Assembly (NCBI GenBank): GCA_965219385.1
Contig: CBDCNM010000002.1
Coordinates: 2,784,936 to 2,848,935, forward strand
Direction: 5' to 3'
Length of the DNA stretch: 64,000 nucleotides
Source: Candidatus Latescibacterota bacterium
Lineage (GTDB): Bacteria > Latescibacterota > UBA2968 > UBA8231
The translations under genes and the position numbers were made by a program. Below are positions 56,534 through 64,000 of the stretch, one piece after another (position 1 is the stretch's first letter; every line of letters begins with the position of its first letter). A model generated the notes under the pieces. The model ran no database searches and was not told where the DNA came from. It worked only from the letters and a program-made list of their open reading frames with translations.

Positions 56534-59500
56534 CAGGCCGGCCTCTCCAGCAGCCAGAGGTACGAGTCCTCCAGGGTCGGGGTCACTTCTTCGGCCTCGG
56601 GTAGGGGCTGCTCGTCCGCCAGGATGCGCACCCGGATGGATTCGCCGTCCCGCATGTGGTGCACGATCCGGGTGCGATGGCGCAACTCCTCCAGGCGTTC
56701 TTCGCTGATCCGTGCCTGCCAGACCGCACCCCTGGTCAGCTCCACCATCTCCCGCGGGCTGCCGTGGAAGCGGACCTGGCCCTGGCCCATGACGACCAGA
56801 TGGTTACAGGAACTCGAAATATCCTCGATGATGTGGGTCGAGAAGATCACCACCCGGTTGCGGGCCAGTTCGGCCAGCAGGTTGCGGAAGCGGATGCGCT
56901 CGCGCGGATCCAGCCCCGCCGTGGGCTCGTCCACCAGCAGGATGCGGGGCAGGCGCAGGAGCGTCTGGGCGATCCCGACCCGTTGCTTCATCCCTCCCGA
57001 GAACCCGCCGATCTTGCTGTCCCCGCTCTCCTCGAGGTGCACCGACCGCAGGGCGCCCTCCACCACTTCCCGCCGCTCTCTGGAGTCCCACTGTCCCTTC
57101 AACAGCGCCTGGTAGTCCAGGAACTGGCGGGCGGTCATGTTCTCGTAGGTGCCAAACTCCTGGGGCAGGTAGCCGATCAAAGCCTGCAGCTCCTCCCGCT
57201 GTTGGGTCAGATCGATGCCGTTGATGCGCACCTTCCCCAGGCTCTGCTCCAGTATGCCGCAGACGATGCGCATCAGCGTGGTCTTACCGGCGCCATTGGG
57301 CCCCACCAGACCAAACATGCCGCTCTCGATCCTCAGGGACACTTGTTCCACGGCGGTGAATGGACGCTTGCGTTTGCCGATGAGGGGTAGCGCTCCTACC
57401 AGCAAATAGAAGGCGCGGCGGCTGCGCCGGAAGCGACCGGTTATGGCATCGACATTCACCACGCCGCTGTGCAACCACCGCACGCCCCGGTTTACCACTG
57501 CTCCGAGGTACCATACTGCCCCCGCTGTGATCACCAGAGGCATATCGTCCCCCCTGTTGCGGAACCACAACACGTGCGCCAGGGGCAGCAGCCAGTAGCA
57601 CAGGTGGTAGAGCAGACGTGTAGTGCGGTGCAGGAAGCCGGCTCCCCGCGGCAGCCAGATCCACGCCAGGCTCAGAACGTGGACGTAGAAGGCCACGGAC
57701 AGGATGATGGTCCAGACCGCGCTCTCCTGGTACAGGTAGACGAAGTAGAAATGGAAGGCGAGCACGGGCAGTCGCCATGCCAGTGCGGCCCGGCGTCCAC
57801 CCTGATTGTCGCCCGCGTCCGGCTGGTGCTGTGCCTGGCGCTCGCCGCGACCCCATTGCCGCGCGAAGCGGGAGCGCTCATCGTACACCTTGACCACATT
57901 ATCGATCGAGATCTGCAGCGGCACCCCTTCCGGGATCAAAGCGGCCCGGCTGCGACGCAGACTCGACCGCGCGAACCAGGTGAACGCCGGTACCAGACCC
58001 AACAGGACGATGCCGTCGGCGAATTGCCAGAAGGTGGAGTCCACGTTGTGGTGTATCAGGGCGGCGCCGGCGGCCAGGATCGCCAACTGCACCAGATTGA
58101 TCCACCAGTCCAGCTGCCCCAACCACGCCACAGCCGTGGCCAGTCCGAAGTAAACCGTTGGCACCAGCACCAGGGTAAAAACCGTCCCCGCCACCAGGCC
58201 GCCGATCACGGCGATGGCGAAGGGGGCGCCAATGGTGGCCACGTACTCGGCCTTGCCCATGGCCAGGGGCAGCATGGCCAGGATGGTAGACAGGGCCGTG
58301 ATCAGAATCGGCCGCACCCTGACCTGCCCGGCCGCCAGTAGCGCCCGTCCCAACCGGTACCCCTGCCGTTGCAGCAGGCGGGCGTAGTCGATCAGCATGA
58401 TGCCGTTGTTGACCACCACGCCCAGGAGGATGAGGAAGCCCACCAAGGCATTGGCGTTGAAGAGCGAGTTGCCCGTCAGGATCAGGCCCCACAGGGCGCC
58501 GATGGTGGCCAGCGGCAGGGTTATCATCATGGCCAGAGGGGCCACCAGAGACTCGAATACCGCGGCCAGGATCATGTAAATGAGCACCACCGACGCCCCG
58601 ATCAGGAAGTAAAAGGCGGAAAGGTCGGTCTCGTCATGCACTACCTCGATTGACATTCCCGGCGGCAGGGACAGATCGGCGGCCAGCCGATCCACGGCCG
58701 CCCGGGCCTCGTCCAGCAGGTCGTTCGTCCCGGTGATTTCCTCCTCGAACTGGTAGGTCAGCTCTGCTTCCCTTTGCTGGTTCACCCGGTTGAAACCGCC
58801 GTATCCTTGCGCATAGACCAGGTCGGCCAGCTGCAGCAAGGGCACGTCACCCCCGTCCACCGTGCCGACCCGCAAGCGGCGCAAATCTTCGATCCGGCGC
58901 TGCGGATATCCCGTGCTCGTCAACGCCACCTTGATCGGGTCGGACCCTCTCATCACCTGGACCGAAGGGTTCAACTGGGGCTGGAAGCCCGACAGGGCCG
59001 CGGCGATCGCGTTAGGCTGGACCCCGAAGTGGGATATGGCCGTCCGGTCGATCAGTAGATCGATTTCCGGTTGGCCCCGATTGATACCTGGCGACGAATA
59101 GCGGACCCCGGGTTGCCGCTCCAGATTGTAGCGGATGTCGTCGATGATGGTCTTCACCAGATCCATACTACTGCCGCGCACGACGATGCGCTCGCTCGCC
59201 TCGCCAATTCCGAGCAGGCGTTGAAAGGCCCGGCCACCACCTGGACCACCGCCCCTGCCGCCGTAGCGCGGGTCGGTCCGCGGCTGTTCCCAGGAGAGAT
59301 GAACCTGCGGGAAGGCTTTCCTGAGCCGGTCGTAGATCTCCTTCTTGATCGCCGCCAGGTTGCGCCGGGCGATTTTCTGGTAGCCCTCCTTTAATTCGAA
59401 AGCCAGCCGTAGGTTGTCGACTTCGATGTCGATGCGTCGCTTTGCCACCTCCTCGATGTCCGCCAGACGCGCGTCCATTCTCCGGGCCTGTTCATCGGCC

Positions 59501-61215
59501 AGCTGCAGGGTCATTCCTCCGGGTATGGCAGCATACAGATCGAAGCTGGTCAGCTCTACTTCCACGGGGCTGTTGACGCTGACCGTCAGGCTCAGAAGAA
59601 GGCTGACGAGGAAAGCGACCACTGCAATGCCCGTGGTCCGTCCCGGAAAACGCATGCACGACTTGAGCAGCAGCGAGTAGATCTGCACCATGCGGTGACG
59701 CTGCGACACGGCGTTGAAGGTGCGCGACCGGTCGGTTGGGCGGCGGGCGAACAAGCGATAGGTGAACACCGGGATCAGCAGCATGGCCACCAGCAGCGAT
59801 ACCAGCAAGGTGCAGATGATGGATACTCCGACCTGCTGTCCCAGGAGGCGCACCAGAAAATTGTCGGAGAAGACGAAGGGGAGAAACACGCACACCGTGG
59901 TCAGCGTCGTCGCCAACACCGCCCGCCACACCTGCGCTACCCCGGTGACCACCGCCTCGTGTGCCTGGCGCCCACGCCCCAGCTGCCGGTAGATATTTTC
60001 CAGCACCACAATGCTGTTGTCCAGCAGCATGCCCACGGCTATGGCGATGCCCACCAGGGATAGCATGTTGAGGCTTATGTCGAAGGCGTAGAACAGGTTC
60101 ATGGCGATCAGCATTGAAATCGGTATGGCCGCCGCCACGATCGCCACCAGGGGCAGATTGCGCAGGAACACCCAGAGGATGCCGACCGCCAGCAGCCCGC
60201 CCACCACGGCCAGCGCCTTGATATCGCCGATGTTTTCCTCGATCGCCTCGGCGGTGTCGCTCTGGATCACCAGTTCGACGCCGTCCGGATCCAGGTTCCG
60301 ATTCAACTCGTCCACCACCTTGCGCGTCGCCCGCGACAGGGCCAGCAGGTTGGCCTGGCGGTCGCTGACCAGGGTGATGGAGACCGCTTCCATACCGTTG
60401 ATGCGGGCGATGCTCTCGCGCAGGGCCCCCCCCTCCACCACGGTGGCGATCTGCCCCAGCCACAGCGGACCCTCGGCGCGAACGATGGTCTCTTTTAGGT
60501 CCTCTATGGAGCGCAGATCGCTGGAAAGGTTGACGAAGATCCGCTGGCCCCCGTTCTCCACCTGACCCAGGAAGCGACGGGGGCGAGAGGATTGGGAGAT
60601 CCGCGTCTCTACCTCGGCCAGGGTCAGGCCGTGGCTGTGCATGATTTCTTCGCTGAGCAGCACCTCCACCAGCTGCTGGCGACCCCCGTACACCGCCACG
60701 TTCGCCATCCCTTCCACGCTTTGCAGATCCGGCACTACCTTTTCGTCCACCACATTGCGAATCTGATCCAGGGTACCCACCCCGCGGGCCTGCAGCGACA
60801 TGAACTGACTGGCCAGTTGTTCGGTGTCGATCTTGAGCACCATGGCCCGGAAATCATCGCCCAGCTGGGCCCGGGTGGCGGCGACGCGTTCCTCCAGCTT
60901 GAGGAAGGCGTACTGCTGAGCGCTCCGCCGGGTGTAATAGACGAACAGAGTCGCCTGCTGCTGTTCTATGTACGACTCGATCCTTTCTATGTCCTCCAGA
61001 CCCGCGATGGCGCTCTCCAGAGGGATCACCGCCTGCCGTTCGATGAAGTGCGGGTCGGCGTCGCGAGCGCTCTGTACCTGCACCACGAGCATGGGCAGCT
61101 CCGCGGCGGGGATGAGCTCCACGGCCAGACGGTCGTAGGACACCGCCCCCAGCAGGCATCCTCCGATCAGGAGCATGCACACCAGCACCGGTCTGTGGAT
61201 GAAGAAGGCAATCAC
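56533..61215 (-). CDS. RND (AcrB-like) permease fused to a C-terminal ABC ATPase domain
   Basis: RND: FIHRPV, GMLLDNSIVVLEN, AVFESL, GVVVNNGI, RVRPILIT; ABC: GPNGAGKT, YLPQEF, FSGGMKQR, ILLVDEP, FSTH. Confidence 0.9.
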   Translation of the reverse strand: MIAFFIHRPVLVCMLLIGGCLLGAVSYDRLAVELIPAAELPMLVVQVQSARDADPHFIERQAVIPLESAIAGLEDIERIESYIEQQQATLFVYYTRRSAQQYAFLKLEERVAATRAQLGDDFRAMVLKIDTEQLASQFMSLQARGVGTLDQIRNVVDEKVVPDLQSVEGMANVAVYGGRQQLVEVLLSEEIMHSHGLTLAEVETRISQSSRPRRFLGQVENGGQRIFVNLSSDLRSIEDLKETIVRAEGPLWLGQIATVVEGGALRESIARINGMEAVSITLVSDRQANLLALSRATRKVVDELNRNLDPDGVELVIQSDTAEAIEENIGDIKALAVVGGLLAVGILWVFLRNLPLVAIVAAAIPISMLIAMNLFYAFDISLNMLSLVGIAIAVGMLLDNSIVVLENIYRQLGRGRQAHEAVVTGVAQVWRAVLATTLTTVCVFLPFVFSDNFLVRLLGQQVGVSIICTLLVSLLVAMLLIPVFTYRLFARRPTDRSRTFNAVSQRHRMVQIYSLLLKSCMRFPGRTTGIAVVAFLVSLLLSLTVSVNSPVEVELTSFDLYAAIPGGMTLQLADEQARRMDARLADIEEVAKRRIDIEVDNLRLAFELKEGYQKIARRNLAAIKKEIYDRLRKAFPQVHLSWEQPRTDPRYGGRGGGPGGGRAFQRLLGIGEASERIVVRGSSMDLVKTIIDDIRYNLERQPGVRYSSPGINRGQPEIDLLIDRTAISHFGVQPNAIAAALSGFQPQLNPSVQVMRGSDPIKVALTSTGYPQRRIEDLRRLRVGTVDGGDVPLLQLADLVYAQGYGGFNRVNQQREAELTYQFEEEITGTNDLLDEARAAVDRLAADLSLPPGMSIEVVHDETDLSAFYFLIGASVVLIYMILAAVFESLVAPLAMMITLPLATIGALWGLILTGNSLFNANALVGFLILLGVVVNNGIMLIDYARLLQRQGYRLGRALLAAGQVRVRPILITALSTILAMLPLAMGKAEYVATIGAPFAIAVIGGLVAGTVFTLVLVPTVYFGLATAVAWLGQLDWWINLVQLAILAAGAALIHHNVDSTFWQFADGIVLLGLVPAFTWFARSSLRRSRAALIPEGVPLQISIDNVVKVYDERSRFARQWGRGERQAQHQPDAGDNQGGRRAALAWRLPVLAFHFYFVYLYQESAVWTIILSVAFYVHVLSLAWIWLPRGAGFLHRTTRLLYHLCYWLLPLAHVLWFRNRGDDMPLVITAGAVWYLGAVVNRGVRWLHSGVVNVDAITGRFRRSRRAFYLLVGALPLIGKRKRPFTAVEQVSLRIESGMFGLVGPNGAGKTTLMRIVCGILEQSLGKVRINGIDLTQQREELQALIGYLPQEFGTYENMTARQFLDYQALLKGQWDSRERREVVEGALRSVHLEESGDSKIGGFSGGMKQRVGIAQTLLRLPRILLVDEPTAGLDPRERIRFRNLLAELARNRVVIFSTHIIEDISSSCNHLVVMGQGQVRFHGSPREMVELTRGAVWQARISEERLEELRHRTRIVHHMRDGESIRVRILADEQPLPEAEEVTPTLEDSYLWLLERPA

Positions 61216-61228
61216 GATGGCGTCGTTC

Positions 61229-64000
61229 TCACATGGGTCTGGATTGCAGCCGGTCGCCGCGCGCCAGCAGGTGATAGGCGCAGGGGATCACGGCAAGCGT
61301 GAGGGCGGTGGAGGTGACAAGGCCACCGATCACGGCAACGGCCATGGGGGCGCGCAGCGCGGCGCCCTCCCCGGCGCCGATGGCCAGGGGCAAAAGCGCC
61401 AGCATGGTAGTCGCGCTGGTCATCGCGATCGGCCGGATGCGCGTCTGACCGGCGCCGAGAATGGCTTCCCGCAGCTCCTGCCCCGAGCGGCGGTTCTGAT
61501 TGATGCGGTCCACCAGTATGATGGAGTCGTTGACGGCGATGCCGGCCAGCATGATCACCCCGATGAAGGACATCACGTTGAGCGGCATCGACAAGGCCAT
61601 GAGTCCAAGGACCGCTCCGACGCCCGCCAGCGGGATGGTCAACAGGATGACGAAGGGATGCACCAGGGACTCGAACTGCGCCGCCATCACCATGTACACC
61701 ATCACCACGGCCAGTATCAGGGCGAAAAGCAGGTTTTCGAAGGCATCCTGGCGCAGCTTTTCCTCGCCGGTCACCTCGTAGCCGTACTCGGGCGGCCACG
61801 CAATCGTGGCCAGTTCCGCCTCTACCTGGGCCGCGACCTGGTCGAAAGGCCGGTCTGAACTCAGGTGGGCGCTTACCGTGGACGTGCGCATCTGATTGTT
61901 CCGCGTTATCGCCCGGGGCGACAGGGAGGGAACCAGCCGCGCCACCTCGTCGAGGCGCACGCGTCGGCCCTCCGGCGCCTCCAGCATCACATTTTCCAGC
62001 TCCTGCAGCGACAGGCGCGGCCGTTGGATGACGATGTCGCTGTACTCGCCCAGCTGCTGAAGCTGCCCCGCCGCCTGCCCCGAAAGCAGGTGCTCCAGCT
62101 GGTTGCCTATGGCGTCGATCTGTATGGAGTGCTGCGCCGCACGGGTGCGGTCGATCTCCAGGTCTATCTGGGGGTGGCCCTCGCCCAGGCCGGTTTCGAC
62201 GTTGGCGAGACCGTTCATCCCGGCCAGCCGCTCCTCCACCTGGCCGGCCAGCTCGGTGAGGATCTCCAGATCCTGCCCCTTGATTTCTACCTGCAGCGGC
62301 GCCGCCGTGCGCCCGAGGCTGATCTCCAGGGCCGTCTCCTGCTGCACGAACCGCGCCTCCACATCCGGCAGCGCCTTTAGCTCCGCGCCCAGGGCGGCAA
62401 TCAGCGCGGTCGGTGCCAGCGAACTGGCCGGCTCGAAGATGATGTGGATGGCGGCGCTGTTCTCATCCGCCAGCAGATCCCGCACGTCGGTGCTGCTCCC
62501 GGCGGGACCCACCCGCGCGTAGAGGTGTCGCAGGTGAGTGCCGAAGTTCTGCGTCAGGAAAGTTTCGAGGTTGCGGACCACACCCTCGGTGCGGTCCAGG
62601 TGCGTTCCCTCGGCCAGGGTCAGTTCTACCGACAGCTCACCGCGGCCGGTCCGCGGCATGAACTCGCTGCCCAGCATCGGCAGCAGCGCGGCCGTGCCGG
62701 CCACCAGAAGCAGGCCCGCAAGCAGCACCGGGATGCGGTGCTTCAGCAAGCCCTGCAACAGGCTGGCGTAGCGCGGAAAGTGGACGGCATTCACCGTTGC
62801 GCCGCGGCCCTTTCCGAGTAAACGCGAGCACAACATGGGGATGACGACCATGGCGACGAAGAGGGAGGACAGCAGCGAGAACGCCACTGTCCACGCTTGT
62901 TCCCGGAAGAGTTCCCCGGCGGCGCCGTGGAGGTAGACGATGGGAAGGAAGACGACGATGGTGGTTGCCGTCGAGCTGGTGATCGCGCCGCCGACCTCGC
63001 CCGCGCCCAGCACCGCTGCGTCCTTCAGGGGGGCGCCGTCCTCCAGCTTTCTGAAGATGTTTTCCAACACCACGATGGCGTTGTCCACCAGCATGCCGGC
63101 ACCTAGGGCCAGACCGCCGAGGGTCATCAGGTTCAGCGACAGGTCGCCGAAGTACATCAGGTTGAAGGTAGCGACGATGGAAATGGGGATGGCGATGCTG
63201 ACCACCGCCGTCACTCCGAGGCGTCGCAGGAACAGGAACAACACCAGCATCGCCAGGAAAATGCCGAGCAGTCCGGCCTGCTCTACCTCGGCGACCGCCG
63301 CCTCGATGAAGCGGGCCTGGTCCTGCACCACCTCGATCCGGTATCCCGGTAGCGTCCGTCGCAGCACCTCTAGCTGCTGGTGGATGCTGCCGGCCGCGTC
63401 AATGGTGTTGAAACGCGCCTCCTTGTATATCTCCAGGCCGATGCAGCGCCTCCCGTCCAGGCGCACCACGTTCTCCGGCTCGCTTAGAATGGTGCGCACC
63501 TGGGCCACTTCGCGCAGAGGTACCGGGGTCTGCTCAACCGTGGGCGCGGCCGTTGTGGCACCCGTCCGGGCCGCTGTTTCCGGGGTCCTGGCGGCTACGA
63601 TCAGATGGTTCAGTTCCTCCGGAGAGGCGAACTCCCCCACCCCTTTGATGAGGTAGCGGCGCCCCATCTCCACGATGGATCCCCCCACCGTGTTGCGGTT
63701 GGCATTCTCGATCGTCGACTTCAGCTGCTCGGCCGTAATGCCGTAGGCCTCCAGGGTGTAGGCATCGGTCCGCACTTCCACCTGGCGCCGCCGCTCCCCC
63801 ACCAGTTCCACCGCCGCGACTCCCGGCAGCCGAATCAACTCGGTGCGAATGATGTTCTCCGCGGTCTGGCGCAGGGCGTCCAGACCGCTCACTTCCGGGT
63901 GGTAGAAGGCGGCCACCACCACCGGCCGGGCATTGGGATCGTGCTGGCTGACCGCGACCTCCTCCGCGTTCGAGCGCTGCGCCTGATCGGCCATCATCTT
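61229..64000 (-). CDS. RND (AcrB-like) permease, 5' end beyond the window
   Basis: GMLVDNAIVVLEN, VVFLP, AAQFES, GIAVNDSI, RIRPIAMT, PMAVAVIGGL. Confidence 0.93.
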   Translation of the reverse strand, partial: KMMADQAQRSNAEEVAVSQHDPNARPVVVAAFYHPEVSGLDALRQTAENIIRTELIRLPGVAAVELVGERRRQVEVRTDAYTLEAYGITAEQLKSTIENANRNTVGGSIVEMGRRYLIKGVGEFASPEELNHLIVAARTPETAARTGATTAAPTVEQTPVPLREVAQVRTILSEPENVVRLDGRRCIGLEIYKEARFNTIDAAGSIHQQLEVLRRTLPGYRIEVVQDQARFIEAAVAEVEQAGLLGIFLAMLVLFLFLRRLGVTAVVSIAIPISIVATFNLMYFGDLSLNLMTLGGLALGAGMLVDNAIVVLENIFRKLEDGAPLKDAAVLGAGEVGGAITSSTATTIVVFLPIVYLHGAAGELFREQAWTVAFSLLSSLFVAMVVIPMLCSRLLGKGRGATVNAVHFPRYASLLQGLLKHRIPVLLAGLLLVAGTAALLPMLGSEFMPRTGRGELSVELTLAEGTHLDRTEGVVRNLETFLTQNFGTHLRHLYARVGPAGSSTDVRDLLADENSAAIHIIFEPASSLAPTALIAALGAELKALPDVEARFVQQETALEISLGRTAAPLQVEIKGQDLEILTELAGQVEERLAGMNGLANVETGLGEGHPQIDLEIDRTRAAQHSIQIDAIGNQLEHLLSGQAAGQLQQLGEYSDIVIQRPRLSLQELENVMLEAPEGRRVRLDEVARLVPSLSPRAITRNNQMRTSTVSAHLSSDRPFDQVAAQVEAELATIAWPPEYGYEVTGEEKLRQDAFENLLFALILAVVMVYMVMAAQFESLVHPFVILLTIPLAGVGAVLGLMALSMPLNVMSFIGVIMLAGIAVNDSIILVDRINQNRRSGQELREAILGAGQTRIRPIAMTSATTMLALLPLAIGAGEGAALRAPMAVAVIGGLVTSTALTLAVIPCAYHLLARGDRLQSRPM

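Overview
GC-rich bacterial window. The gene families (DUF6785-like membrane protein, CRTAC1/ASPIC-UnbV lipoproteins, FlgD-Ig/CHU_C-tailed secreted proteins, a C-terminal 'TAVExxSWGxIK' tail) suggest Candidatus Latescibacterota or a related FCB lineage; this is inference only. Three zones. (1) ~1-23.5 kb is an eroded catabolic region: IS630 and ISAzo13 elements, many abutting gene remnants and frameshifted genes, two paralogous clan GH-A (GH30-like) hydrolases, PhyH dioxygenase, metallophosphoesterase, YetA/RGLX-like protein, BNR protein, enolase-superfamily enzyme, 2-hydroxyacid dehydrogenase and an orphan beta-class DNA methyltransferase. (2) ~23.8-50.3 kb is an intact cell-envelope locus: two paralogous ~930-980 aa putative outer-membrane proteins, three paralogous FlgD/CHU_C-tailed secreted proteins, a small SWGxIK-tailed secreted protein with its own terminator, a divergent two-parvulin lipoprotein, three CRTAC1-like lipoproteins, a Cys-less FGE-fold lipoprotein, an OPT-like membrane protein and a pentapeptide/channel-pore protein. 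It is a candidate uncharacterised surface export/display system. (3) ~50.4-64 kb holds oxidoreductases, a class I fumarase, a BacNav-like channel remnant, and an operon of two RND permeases, one fused to a complete ABC ATPase that carries a membrane insertion, followed by an ABC-2-like permease: a candidate hybrid RND-ABC transporter. No rRNA, tRNA or CRISPR array was seen. All family calls come from motif recognition by eye; no database search was run.
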